Shown here: one piece after another, positions 40,115-53,165 of the stretch | How the letters are laid out: every line of letters begins with the position of its first letter | Position numbering within the stretch: position 1 is the first letter of the stretch | Assembly (NCBI GenBank): GCA_023515725.1 | Contig: JALDTO010000057.1 | Coordinates: 310,001-374,000 of the forward strand | Direction: 5' to 3' | Source of the DNA: Amoeboaphelidium protococcarum X5 | Taxonomy: Eukaryota > Fungi > Aphelidiomycota | DNA: 64,000 nucleotides | The notes under the pieces: model-generated | The model's input: the letters and a program-made list of their open reading frames with translations, nothing else | Database searches by the model: none | Told to the model about the DNA's origin: nothing | Translations under genes and position numbers: made by a program

Positions 40115-43100
40115 TCAGTTGAAAAAGTACTCCGAATTCAACACCTGATTTATGTCAAAATCTCCTTTAGGCGGTAACGGAGGCAGCTCAATATTCTTAT
40201 AAATGTATCCCCTCCGCTTCTTAACACCCTGGGAAGTGTTTTCACTAGCTTGAGGCGAAGACACTTCATCACCCGAAGTTGAGCTATATTGCAGTTATCC
40301 ATTGCCAGAGGTGGGATCTAAAGTATCAACTACATCATCTACAGGCTCAATTTTTTCATTGCTGCGTATCTTTCTATGCCCATATCTCTACATTAGCTCC
40401 TACTAGAGATTCTCCATGATAGGCTAGGAGTGCATTTTCACAAACTACTCTTTCAGAATGATACGAAGTCGATCCACATCACAAGCATGAGTCCAATACG
40501 AGTCGTGCACAGAAGCAAAAGTCATGCCTTAGCTGTAGCACTCCAGCGCAGTCATTAACATGTGTGTAGCATCCAAGGAATGGATAAAATTTGGTGGAAA
40601 TCCTTACACTTATTTACTGACATCCACATTGGACTTCTTCCTATGGTCCTTGAGAGTGAAGCTTTACATGGCTGTACTAATCGTGACGTGTTTAATGTCT
40701 TTGTACGGCTGGGCAACTACCATTCCCAAAGGGGTAGTCCACACAACAACGCTTGAGCTACTCTAAAGACTTTTCACCTGCTTACGAATAGAATCCTTAC
40801 TTGACTGATCCAACTGTTATAACTTACGCTATGACTTTAACTAATCGAGAAGCCTAAGACTTCGCTCAATCTGCTCCGGTGGTAGACTCTTTGACAATAT
40901 CTTTGCACTCTACGCGAGCCAATTCTAGATCTTTCGCGCCTCTTTAAAAGTGTCATCAAGAGCACTGAACACCTTAGGAGCCACGTATCGAGACAGCTGG
41001 AATATTTATTCCTCTGAGAATGTGTGCGGATAATACTTTTCTTTCAGTCTGTTCGCAATCTAATCCCTAGCGCCGATAGCAGTCACACCATAAACTGAGG
41101 TCATCACTGTCTGTTTGACAACTTTTCGGTCAATGCGCTCAGGGCCAATAAGTTCTGCCAGGATTTTCTACACGCCAGGCTTTATAAAGTCAATCTGCTT
41201 GATTGGCTTGGAAAAGTCCAACCGCTCGCTAGAAGACTGAATACTCTCCATGTCCTCCTGCACCATTTTCCGTACTTTAGAGGCAACTGCGCTGTACACA
41301 TCCTGAGGTCTGTCAAATCCGGACGCCAAATTCACCTAGCAAGCGCCTTCATAATCACCACCCAGCGCGGCATAATGCTGCAAACCATTACATGATCCAT
41401 CCTAATGCACCGGCAATCTACTCAAATATTCTTCAGGCCTACCCGACTTGATAGCATTGGAGATTTCCATCGCCGTGCTCAAAGTCAGCCACGGTTTATC
41501 AGCATTAATCCAAAATCTAGCATTATCATCATCTTTGGCAAAAGGATTCTCAGCTGCAGCATGAATCTTATTCAAGATAGAATCGGCAAACTGCTCTCTT
41601 TCATCAAACGTGGCTTTATCAAACCCATAACAATTGGCCAGATGTATTTTTAACCATCGAAGCCCAGTTGAACCTAAAGGTTTTGGATTATCAAAAATCA
41701 GCAGAGATCGAGATAGATCATTGCCCATGTGATTAAACAACTACGCGATAGGATATGCACGACCTCTGAAATCCATGTTATGGGGAAAGTACAAAGTTCT
41801 TCCAGCCAGTGAGCGCGCAATTTCAATCTTATAATTCTCAGAGATCTTGATAGACTTGGCATCATAATAAGACTACGTTTACTCCTCTACAGCTCTATGC
41901 CATTAGGCACGAGATGCAGCGTTGCTCTCAAAATCATCCGGCTTTGGAATCGGCGCAGGTCGCTGCAGTTATTCTACCGGCAACTTGGAAACTTTCTCCC
42001 CATTGTTCCAGGCGTAGATAATGTGCTTCAGCAAGTCCTCATTAACGCGCCACTTTGTCCGTCCCAGAGCGTCAAGTCCGCCGAAAACTCTATCCATGGA
42101 ACCGGTCAGATTAGCATGCTTAAGGTAAGCCTCCAATTCTCGCGTGATACCTCTCACAGCGGCAGTTCTAATAGTGAGATACCCACCAGACTCATGATCT
42201 GTCCAAGGTTTAGGCGGAACAAGCATAGGTAGCAATTTGGGTATAAAAGTGTGAGATGATTTTATGGCATCCTTAGGTAAGTTGCTAGCTTGTTCGGCGG
42301 AACCCAGAATGTCCAGTACGGCTTCATGAACGCGAACAATCCCATGCTGTTTGCCATTCTCAAACACTATACCATGACTAAAAGCATCAACCAGCTCAAC
42401 ATCATAATTTAAAGCGCGCTCCGGCATAACCTGAAGCCTATCAAATGCAATTTCACCATCACGCAAAGCAATTTAAGCAGAGTCAAGCATCATACTACAC
42501 AATAGAGAACCGACATTCGCGTTCACAGGCCTACTCCAATGCGTCAATACATCCATCTCCTCTTTGCCTAATTAAGCTGCAGCTTTACGATACTATCTCT
42601 GAAATAACTGATTACTCTGTACCAATTTCTACACAGTCACATATTCATTCACCATCTTTTACCGCAATTTCTTATCAGACAGCAACATCATTCTGTGCTC
42701 CTACTCAGCACTCTATCCTATATCCAGAACTAGATTAGCCGCTTTAATTGAGTCACGTCCATTACTAAACGCCTTTATAAATTGACTTATGGTGGCCAGT
42801 GCAACCTTCTCCGGCTGCTTTTCGAACAGCATCAGAAACGGTAAAAACTCACCCAGTTGACTTTCATTCATAGCGGCACCGTTCTCTTTATAGTGTAAAA
42901 TTTCACCACTAATTCTAGTAGTCAGACGTTTAAGCCATATCATTGAAAGCTTCTTCAATTCAGGACTGACGCGTCCAATACCGGTCACATCCTTAACTTT
43001 TTGATCAGATAACATCAACTACTCTTGACTAATTCTAAATGATTCCTATTCCACATGAATTTATAAATCCACTAGATTCTCAAAATCTGCGTCCAATGCT

Positions 43101-43834
43101 TTCAAGTTTTATTACACAAAGGCCATGTTAGGGGTATTGACGGCACTGATTTGCGGTAGTTTACTCTCATTCTGGACATAAGTAACACTACTATCAGCTT
43201 ATTACTATTGTGACTTTTAGAAGAGATACTCATTCAGTATCTTGACTTCACTCTCTGTGAATTCATAATGTTTGAGCAAACTTGTCAAATCTTTATCACC
43301 ATCACCAACACTATCACGTTATGACATCGTATTCTTCTTGTAGTCAGATAGTATAATCTTGACAAAATCAGTCGATTTACTTCCATTCTAAGTGGAGCAG
43401 TTCTTAAAATTGATCGCAGCTTTTAATAGCAGAGCATAAGTGGTCACATTTGGCTATAGTTGAAGTGATTTTAGCCGCTGATACCACACTAAACTCTACT
43501 TCATCCCATCAGCCGCAAGTGACGCGTTACGCGATGTATCAGATACCAAGCCAGCAGATGAAGTACGGATGAAGAGATTCAGCAGACTTGTATTAACCAA
43601 ACCTTCTTAGATGGCATTCTTATTCTACTGTATCACAGCATTGAAGAGAATCTGCGCCCTTTCCATCTGGTTAGTACGAAGACAGGCCTCGATCAGCGAT
43701 AATTTCCTCTATACCTATGCAATTCTATCTTCTTTTAGACCATCAAGCGTATTTTAATCCAGCCTATTAATAATCCTTTAAGACTATGACGTGAATCTCT
43801 TTATTACCAATTTTGGTGATATTCTTTTCAACAT
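40115..43834 (-). CDS. RPO41: Mitochondrial (T7-like single-subunit) RNA polymerase
   Basis: [24 protein letters not shown](Q=TAG)[56 protein letters not shown]-stop. Confidence 0.96.
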
Positions 43835-43921
43835 TTTTCACTCCTCCTGTCCTACGTCAATCACCAGAAAAAGAGGTAAGATAGAGCCACGTTTTATTTT
43901 ACATCGTGAACCGTTGCAATC

Positions 43922-44546
43922 ATGGTATGTTGTTTATAATTTTGTGCTTAAAGAATGAAATCTAGTGTAGAATGTGCTAAATCTATTTAATGATTATAAA
44001 GCAGAGTAAGTGCGAACATTTTTGAATGTTACTTATTAAAGAGTGGACGTTTGATTGACTTAACCGTGTAGCATTGAGGGGTGCGAAGAGATTAGACTTA
44101 CAGACATGGAAGGAGTTTTGATTGCGTCGACAAAATAATCTGAAACGGTCGGAAGGGCGGTCTAATCTACTAGAAATACTAATGATGAAGATAATTGCAG
44201 CGTTGAAGAGCAGTCGGAAGAATCATACGATGATAACGAGGATATTGTGGACGAATTCACACGCGCGCTTGCCGGATTGAACGATAATGCGGAAAGGCTT
44301 TCACTTGGCACTGTTCGCATGGTGGCCAGTTCTGGTGACGATCGCGGGCAGTCTGCTGTCGTTCAATTTTGCGATAATGACTGCTTCGTTTTAAGGATCG
44401 ATACAAAAGGATCCTTAGGTATACTTTACATGATTTAGTTAAGTGTACTCAAATCTCATTGTCTAGTTGTAGGTGCTGCCGTTGCTGCTGGCAAAGATAT
44501 ACTCACAGATCTTGAACCACTAAAAGACGTGTTGATATCTTCTTGA
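43922..44546 (+). CDS. Roadblock-fold protein, LAMTOR3/MP1-like (3 inferred introns; first exon is ATG only)
   Basis: IEGCEEIRLTDMEGVLI, AERLSLG and VVQF resemble LAMTOR3; exon model from GT...AG phase matching. Confidence 0.55.
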
Positions 44547-44732
44547 ATAAAATGTACAATTCAACATGTTGTTGTCCAACTTATCTTTTTTATTGCTAGT
44601 ATACTCCCTCGTTTTAGTATAAACGCGCCTTGTCAACAGTCTCTATAAAAACTCAGTTTCACTCCTAGAGCCCACGCGTTTTCTTCCATCATTTTGGCAT
44701 ATTTATCCTCATAAACGTTCACTCTGTATAAT

Positions 44733-45890
44733 ATGACTTAGACTTAGTATCAGGATTTAATTTAAGATTGTCTCGCTAAAAATGGCATTGTGACTGCCAA
44801 GTATTTGGAATAGAAAGCTAGTCTGAATAACTAGCAGGGTGGTCAGTTTCTGGCCGATTTTGCCCAATTTCAGAGTGCATATCCATCTTTGGGAACACTG
44901 GTATTGCGAAAGGAGCAGAATCTTGATGCAGATGGTATCTCACATTGCAAGTTTAGTCTATCTCTTTTGAACAGTCTTGATAACTCTGAATTAGGTTCAT
45001 AATGCTCAGTTTATGCATTAGTCAATGATCTGACTCAAGATTATAAAGTTCTACTATCCAACTTGAATTCATTGGCACACCAGGAAATTAGAGCTGTAGA
45101 AGTATCAAACAACACGCCCAAGGTTCGCCATTCCGCCTCTTTTGAAAAGAATAATTAAGTTAAACAAGGTGGTGCTAATGCTTCAATTAAGAAGGCTAAT
45201 AATCAGAATGCTGCTCCTGTAAAGAAATCACCAACAGAGAAGAAGTCAGTACCTGATGCCACTTTGAAGAAAAAGAAGTCAAAAATGGTGTTGTCAGATG
45301 ATGATAATGATGAAGTCGACTCAAAGCAACAGAATTATGCCTTGATGTAGTCAGCTGCTTCATTTAGTTCGGAAGAATTGGATAATATCTTTGATTTTGA
45401 CGCGAAAAGCTCTGCAAACAGTCAGTAATTCGTATCATCATCAGTACCTGTAAAGAATTAAGACAAAGATGGTGAGTTAACCGTCAGTAACCTGGAATTG
45501 GACGAGAATGCAGAAGATCATCAAGATAGAAAGCCTAGCGCGGTGTAGCCTAATCTAGATACTGTAGTAGTCATCAATGCCAAAAGAAAGAAGGCCATCA
45601 CGAAGAAGAACACTTTTGTCAATGATCAAGGTAAAATCGTTACTGAAACGACCACTGAGTTCATCACTGACGACGACAACGACCGCGATGGCGTTGACGA
45701 GAGAAGAGATGGAAACTCTGGCGCGTCGAATAGAGTGACGAAGAAGGCCAAAACAGAGTCGGTGGCGGCTGAGAAGAATTCTGGAGTGAAACGGACTGGT
45801 GCCGCGTCAAAACCAGCGCCAAAGTCGAGCGGTGCGAAACAGAGCAAACTGTCTTTCTTTGCCGCGAAACCACGCAAGAACTAGAGTTGA
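44733..45890 (+). CDS. POLD3: DNA polymerase delta subunit 3 (Cdc27/Pol32-like)
   Basis: N-terminal IVTAKYL winged-helix-like segment, KNTFVNDQGKIVTE motif and C-terminal PIP-like KQSKLSFF. Confidence 0.75.
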
Positions 45891-46140
45891 TTCGAATTGA
45901 ATCTCTTCTTGTAATAATCTACTGTCGCAACATCTAATTAAGGAGGAGTCAGTATTTCCATCTCAGAATGAATCTCTTGTAAGAATTACAGTATGTAAGT
46001 CGTATGATAAGGAATCTGAGTTGCCATTTCTCTTCCGAATTTTATCGAGCAGTATAATGTCAGTAGTTGATCGCGGTGTTGGATAAAGCGATATGATCAT
46101 TGTACAATTTTTAAGCGTAATTGTTAAAACTGAGACGATG
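45711..46140 (+). repeat. Diverged direct repeat, copy 1 (intact POLD3 3' end plus frameshifted GCP3 5' fragment)
   Basis: Aligns with 47551-47940 (GGAAACTCTGGCGCG, AAGGCCAAAACAGAGTCG, TTCTGGAGTGAAACGGACTGGTGCCGC, GAGTTGCCATTTCT). Confidence 0.88.
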
Positions 46141-46234
46141 ACTGCGTTATTCTGACTCAGTCGCGTTCAAATTTTAGTCGCTTATCGCGTTCTCTTTCAA
46201 ACGCGCTTGCTAATCAAAATTAACCGGCAGAAAC

Positions 46235-46950
46235 ATGACAGATAGTAATATTCCCATTTAGTTCCGTGACTTTGGTGTCTCTGCTTCCATTGATCGGGAT
46301 GCGTTGAAGAATATCATGTTACTGACTCAAGATGAAGTCCGACATACCGCTGCAAGAGCATTGTTGTCGTGCGTGGCAAAAATCGATGTTACATATGCAG
46401 ATAAGAACAGGAGTCCACAATCTGGCAGCGCTTTTCTGTACAGTGATCAGACATATTTGCTGGCATCCGCACATGTTGTTTACGGTTGCAATTCTATCCG
46501 CATATCTTTTGATAATGGCCGGTTTGTTTTTAATGGCAGTGTGGCATATTTGCCACCTCAACATGAGATTAGATAAATCGATTTGGCAATTGTGAAGATA
46601 GAGAGGCTCCACATGGATATCAACATGGCCGCCACTACATTGGATCCGTAAAAATGCCATAAATCGGTGATTCTGTTTCTTGCGCTGGATATTCATTCAA
46701 TGGCAGTTTCTAATTTACTACTGGATTTATATTTAATCTTCCAAATTTGTCAACCATTATAGTAGCAAATGTGACAGATAGTGGTATTTCAGGAGGACCT
46801 TGTGTTGATTTTTATGCATCCTGTCTGATTGGAGTGGTACAGGGCCACTATGACCATCACCACAATTAAACTCGTGTTCTGTCGCTATCTCCGGTTAAAG
46901 ACTTTTTTAAAGATGTTCTAGAGGGAGTTCTTAAATTGGCGTTTTTGTGA
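46235..46950 (+). pseudogene. Trypsin-like serine peptidase with a single frameshift near 46600
   Basis: GSAF, ASAHVV (His) and IDLAIV (Asp) in one frame; GDSVSCAGY and DSGISGGP (Ser) in another; the shift lies in ATAGAGAGG. Confidence 0.72.
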
Positions 46951-47114
46951 TTTGTCGAAAAAGCAAGAAGTTGCAAACACTGATCATCATAAATAGAAAT
47001 AAATGCCAAAGTTAGGTTGTTGCTAAGCAACAATTACGTTTCGATGTCTAATGCAACAGCTGTTGTTTCAACTTTCATCATCAAAAGTCGAATCAACAAG
47101 CACTTTTCACGGCG

Positions 47115-47545
47115 CAAACGGTCTTGTCTAGGTCCTGGATCATGAAATAACTTAGAACTCGGTCCGTAATGTACAATCACGGATTTGTCTAAGTCGACCA
47201 GTCGATCTCCGAGCAGCTCCGATATGCTGACTGACGCTCGGGTATCGATCGGTCTTAAAATGCAGTTAGATAAATTATCAATTTAAATATCAACCTTATA
47301 TAGGGATTTATTATCATTTTTAATAAGTTATTTCATTAATACATTAGCGTGGTTAAAACTCAGCATCAACTCGCCTGGACCGGTCTGTTTGCCATCCAGG
47401 ACCGTACATAGATTGAACTGATGGTCTTGGACCGAAAACGGCAAATGCTGGAACGGTCTCAGACCAATGAATGCGTTCGGAATTGGACCGTGGAGAGTGC
47501 TAATCACAAAGGACAAAGCTGACTACAAAGACTGGAGACTGAGGA
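47115..47545. mobile_element. Possible degenerate non-autonomous element with GGACCG/CGGTC subterminal motifs
   Basis: About ten CGGTC(T/C)/GGACC(G)/AGACTG motifs, tending to CGGTC on the left and GACCG/GACTG on the right around an AT-rich core; no clean TIR or TSD. Confidence 0.35.
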
Positions 47546-47550
47546 TACGG

Positions 47551-47940
47551 GGAAACTCTGGCGCGACTAACAAAAGGGGCCAATAAGGCCAAAACAGAGT
47601 CGACGACGGTTGAGAGTTCTGGAGTGAAACGGACTGGTGCCGCTTCGAAACAAGCGCCTTTCTTTTCCACAAAGACAAGAACAAGAATTGAATTGATTCG
47701 TTGTTAGAAGTGTATTGCTAAAATTTAGTCTATTAAACAAGGTTTTATATATTTATCTCCATCTCAAAATGAATAGCTTGTTGTAAGAATTATGCAAGTT
47801 GTATGAAATGGAGTCAGAGTTGCCATTTCTGTCTCGAATTCTATCCAGTAGTATGATGCCTATAGTTGATCTCGGCATTGGTTAAGGTGATAAAATCATT
47901 GTTTAATATGCCAAGAGTAAGTGCTAAAATAGACAAGATG
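47551..47940 (+). repeat. Diverged direct repeat, copy 2 (decayed POLD3 3' fragment plus intact GCP3 5' end)
   Basis: Aligns with 45711-46140, with indels in the POLD3-derived part. Confidence 0.88.
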
Positions 47941-49985
47941 GGGAAGCTTTGGATTAGGCATACCTAAAGTTGAAGGCATGCAAAGAGGTACTGAACCCGT
48001 AGAATATCCTATATTTTCTTGCGTCAGTCTCTCAGGATAATCGGATGGGATCTAATTCATACAAGTCCCCTTTGAGGAGTAGTCGCGGATTTATGGGGCC
48101 TTCAATGTCATCTTCAGACTTATTTAACTCTTCTCCACCCAGGCCTCGCAGTGGTAAGGCTTAGTAGAAGTTTGGAAGTTAGAGTACTCTTATTCTATAA
48201 GGTAATAGTGATTCTGCTATTGGCAATAGTTTATTGACCCAGTAAAGGAGCGGTTATGGCACTACAATGTTCAAAGTTCCCAGTTCTAGTAATAGTTTTG
48301 CTTAATTTGTATCTAATGCTGATGTCTTGGATGATTTGTTCAAGATATTAATGGGCCTAGATGGTAAAAATATTACTATAAATGTAAAGTTGAAGAGTTT
48401 AATGATTGATCGTGATGTAAATAAGAGTATTCAATTATTGATCAACTTGATTGCTGATGAACTCCTGTGGGCATATTTAAAGTTGAAATCTGCCGCTGTG
48501 GTATCTGGTTCTAAAATTGGAGTGTTTCGCCAGTCTTTTAATTCCATTGTGAAGTAGTAGTTGGACCTTTATGAGAATTTTGTGATTGAATTATAAATGC
48601 AAAGGAGTATTAATATTTAACTGATCTATGTACAACTAAGGCCTTGGATGAGATTACTCTAAGAGTTAAACCATATTAGTATGTAGTGCAAAGATATGGA
48701 AGGAGTATAGTTGTTGAACCGGGTTCACGCATTGCATCAACTTTAGTACGGAGTCTCATTGAAAGATGAGTTGTTCACCAGTCTTCAGAATGCGATGAAC
48801 TCTCTCCTGCTTAGTATGATTAGTGATTGGATAAGTAATGGTACTGTGGTTGATGTACACGGAGAGTTTTTTATTCAGAATAATGTGATTATAGAGGATT
48901 GGGTATCTAGACATTTACTGGATCGATACACGGTACAAAGAATACTCAGTATAGGCAAGACTTTGTAATTTCTTCAAGAGAAGTGTAAAAATTTCAAATA
49001 TGCATAAAATAGACATAATCTCAAGTTGGAATAACTAGCTAATGTTAGTCAGTACATTTAACAAGAGTTTGATCGATTGCAATCTCATGCTCTGGATATT
49101 GTTTTGAATCAAGTTCACCTCGTGGACACATTAAGTGCTATGAAATATCTTCTGTTAGGAGAGGCTGGTGACTTCATGCGCAGCGTTATTGGTCATTTTG
49201 ACCGGGTGTTGTGTTAGTCTGCAGATTCCATAGAGAGGCATCGTTTAATATCCAATATGGAGGATGCGATTATGAATAGCGTCGCCGTGTAAATGATTGA
49301 CTTTCATCCTAGATTAGATGTGAAGTTGCTCGCCTTACCTGGTGCTGCCTCTGGTTGGGATATATTCACGTTGACTTATCTGGTTGATGGACCGCTAAGT
49401 GTTGTGATTGATGAATAATGCCTGGCTATTTATCATAAATTGTTTTAGTTCATACTGAAATTCTAGAGATTACTTACGGATTTGGAATAGGCCTTTGATC
49501 ATGTAAGATTTGCTAGTAAATAATAAGCAAGTGATATGGACACTGTTATGCTAGAAATTGGTCACATTAGAAGTGTGGTGTAGAGTTTGTGTAATTATAT
49601 ATTTGTTGAAGGCGTTGAGCGTTACTGGCTTGATATAAATGACAAGATTAAAAGTTGCCGGGATTTGGATTCTCTGATAACTTTACACAAGTCTGAGTTG
49701 ATCGTCATGCAGAAGACCGTATTATTTAGCGCTGGTAAAGACATTGATGGCATCTCGGCCGTTTTGAATATAATGTCTCTGGCTGATTAATATTGCTAAG
49801 CATTAAAAAATAACGATGTTACAACAGCTGACATAACGCGGTAATAAAATTTGGCGTCTGTCTATCTGTAATTCGATTAGCAAAGGCAAAAGTTATCTCG
49901 CTGGCTTCTCAAAGACTAACATGACATTGCAAAGGTGCTGCTGTCATATGAAATAAATCCACACAGCATTAATACCTAATCTTGA
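47769..49985 (+). CDS. Gamma-tubulin complex component, GCP3/Spc98-like
   Basis: ILMGLDGKNI, DVHGEFFI, RILSIGKTL(Q)FL, LLLGEAGDF, GWDIFTLTYLVDGPLSVVI; 739-codon frame. Confidence 0.85.
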
Positions 49986-50081
49986 TTCTAAGAAAAGTGA
50001 CCGATTGTATTATGAATAAACAAATGTACTATCACCCACTCACTCATACTTCTTGCGGACATAACTAGAGAGTATCCATCA

Positions 50082-50541
50082 TCAGAATCCGTAATCTTCA
50101 TCTTCACTTTCACTGTCCAGATCTCTGCGTCTTTAAATGACCACAGAGGATTGACGCGTCTCCGCCTGCTCTCCCTCCTGCTAAATTTGCTCCAACAGTT
50201 ATCTCACCGTCTACTCGCTCACTTTTCCATCCTGACCAAATGGAATCTATTTGGTACGAGCCAATCTCAGTATCAAATCTTGCACAGCTCTAGCTTTCTA
50301 TGGTTTTACCAGAGACAGAGTATTCAGACGCTCTTTGGCCTCTCTTGACAATATAGAATTAAGAATGGTATGTCTCTGCTCCTCCTATTCAACCATCTTT
50401 TATTATTATTGCTATTACTACTGCTGTTGCATCTATTCATTTCCAGAATTGATCTACATCACGACGCATTGATAATAATAATATTTGTAAAATTCAAAGT
50501 ATGAATAAACTTACTGATTATGAGGCTGGATTAACAGTCAT
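50082..50541 (-). CDS. PDCD5: Programmed cell death protein 5 / Sdd2 family (1 intron)
   Basis: QRHTILNSILSREAKERLNTLSLVKPQKARAVQDLIL; poly-Gln encoded CAA CAG CAG TAG TAA TAG CAA TAA TAA TAA. Confidence 0.88.
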
Positions 50542-50783
50542 GGCTAAATGCTTTTTGATTTCTTTAACAATTCAGTAGATCAGGGAGAAACGAAGAATTG
50601 CTCTTTAACGTTGAAGAAACTGTTGGACTCTTTCGCGCTGCGGTGATCGTTCAATCGCGGACTTTTCCTCTCTCCTTGCCCGTCTTTAGACTCTGCTGGT
50701 AGCGAAAACATTGCGAACAGTGCAGGATTGATTTAATCTCAATTAGAACTATCAAGTAGGTAAATATACAGTCAGAAGTAGTG

Positions 50784-51143
50784 ATGGTCAATTTCTGTCC
50801 AGATTGCAATAATATGCTCTATCCTAAAGAGAATAGGCAGGAGAAGCGGCTGCTATATGCATGCAGAAATTGTAATCATTACGAGATAGCAGAATCCAAC
50901 TGCATATATAAGCATTAAGTGATGCATCATGCCGGCGATTAAATGCAGTAACTGATCTCAGATGTGGCCAAAGATCCTACTCTCGCGCGGACAAGAGACG
51001 TACAGTGTCCAAAATGTGAATAAAAAGAAGTGGTGTATTTCCAGACTAGAGCTAGACGAGCCGATGCCACAATGACACTGTATTACGTCTGCTGTAATTA
51101 AGAATGTGGACATAAATGGGCCGACACTTCTGCGCAAGCATGA
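50784..51143 (+). CDS. RPB9: RNA polymerase II subunit Rpb9
   Basis: [43 protein letters not shown]. Confidence 0.95.
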
Positions 51144-51267
51144 ATTATTTTTATTTTATATAAAGGCATAACATTTGAATTTATGAATAATAGCTATAGA
51201 ATTTGGAAATGAGACTTTCATCTTGATTAGAAATCTTACAGGGACTATATATTAAACTTGATGATGA

Positions 51268-52075
51268 TCAATCAAAGAATCTTCTAGATGGTGAAGCGCC
51301 GTAGAGAGCCATGCGAAGGTATGGAAGCATCTTCTCTGCGGCAAGGTCCAGTCTAGCTTCGAGAGTATTTTAACACACAATCTTGCCACCAGCAGTTACA
51401 AGAACCACACCGCCAGACGTGCTATCCGGCAAATTTCTATTCTTATCCACTTGGATGAACAGAGACTTGCCTTGATCTAATTAAATAATCTTCAAGTACT
51501 CGGACACTGCCTGTTTAGATGCTTCCTCCACCATGGAGACATCGGATTTCTTACACACAATCATCACCGGGTCGCTGGTGACTTCATCGGCACTAGGCAG
51601 CAACTGCAAGAGTCCTTGTAGGATTATCTGCACTGTCAACTGGCTCTAATTGCCGTTCTTTTAAACAGCCGGGCCTAGACGCTTCCTGCATTCATTCAAC
51701 AAGTCGTTCAGTGCCGCTTCTCTCGCCTCCAGCACCTTCAATCTGATCTTGTTGGCGGCGGCACTTGCCTAGATCTTTCGCTACAGCACCGCAGTCTTCT
51801 TCTTCTTTTCATAAGATGCCTCAATGTTCAGAGTCTCTGCCCTGACCAACTTGGCCTTCTCGATGTTGTGCTCCTCATCCGCCTTCACCTGAATCTCTCT
51901 AGCCTTCTCCATTGCCTCCTGGCGAATGAATTCTGTCATTTTCTGCATTCAAAATATTTACCGTACACATATCGAGCATAGATAAAAAGTTATGGGACTA
52001 TGAGGCTAAATGCTAAATATTTACCTTCATTTCTGATGCAACTTCATCGTCATTCAATGCTCCTCTAGTAGCCAT
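51268..52075 (-). CDS. VMA4: V-type ATPase subunit E (1 intron)
   Basis: [47 protein letters not shown]-like segment, RRFFD-stop. Confidence 0.95.
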
Positions 52076-52265
52076 TTTAAGGTGTATCTTTAATGTCAGC
52101 GTTATAAATCTGTCCGAAATGGAACCAAGTCAAGAAAGAAAGAAACGGCGCGGCGAGTCTTTGCAGGAACAAACGATGTTCTACCTACATCGAACAGCGC
52201 ATATCGATGCCGCAGGTAATCAGCACTCAAACAGAATATACACGCGTCTATTTAAATCGAAATTA

Positions 52266-53006
52266 TCATTATTTAGTCGGCGAAGAATACTCTTTTACAA
52301 TATCTTCTGAGCATTAAAACTCTTGGCAGTTCCATTAAGAGAAATCATATTCAAACTTGTCACCTTGTGATGATGTCACAGATTAGGAGATTGTATGCAC
52401 AACTTACGTCACTATGCCAGATTTTAAGAATGAATACAGTACCTTCAGCCCTCCCTCTACCATGAGTGAATTCATTTTGTATTTTTTAGATAGAACTTGA
52501 CACACCTCCTTAACGGCCAAGCCGCCAAATGGATCACGAGAGATGGTTTCGATTCGAACATCTGGTCGTATTACGCGTATACGTTCAACATTCTTCTATA
52601 AATTAACACCATTTGACGCGAATATAATCGGTGGATGAGGATGTTTTAATAGTCTTGCATCAAGAGGTATTCCAAGACTAGAGTCCAAGATGACTGGAAC
52701 AGGCGAATCTACTTCACAATCAGAGTTCCGTGAACATGATACAGAAAGTGCTTAACTTAATGCCTAATTCCGCTTTTTAAACGCGTCCATATCACTTTAA
52801 TCAATCCTTGCTGTAAGTTGTGGATTGTCGCAGAGCACCGTGTTCTTTCCCACTAATATGCCATCAGACCGCGACCGCAATACGTGGACCATTTTATACG
52901 TTTCCGCACAGGAGATGCTCAGTGAGAGCTTCTTACTTGAATCTTAGGGATCTGCTTGGTTCAACTAGCCATTCTATGTTGTGGCAAAACTTAGTATTAC
53001 CTTCAT
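52266..53006 (-). CDS. RIB7: RibD C-terminal reductase (Rib7-like, riboflavin biosynthesis)
   Basis: [44 protein letters not shown]; absent from the standard-code ORF track. Confidence 0.82.
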
Positions 53007-53165
53007 ACAGTAAAGAAGATTTCACAATTTTTATGAGCTGGTCCCTATTGATCACCGAACTGTACAAGATGACTGAAAATGAAATCAATAAAAAGCGGTG
53101 AACCTCTTATTCAAAGTCAAGCATGGCGGATTATCTTTTACAAAAGATCAAACAGGAATATTCTT

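Noticed and set aside
40115-43834. Phage or linear-plasmid RNA polymerase insertion
   Set aside because: It has the long N-terminal extension and host codon usage expected of the ordinary nuclear-encoded mitochondrial RPO41.
25197-44679. MCB boxes (ACGCGT) upstream of SGO1 (25197) and POLD3 (44674) as MBF targets
   Set aside because: Plausible, but ACGCGT occurs at many unrelated positions in the window, so enrichment cannot be shown by eye.
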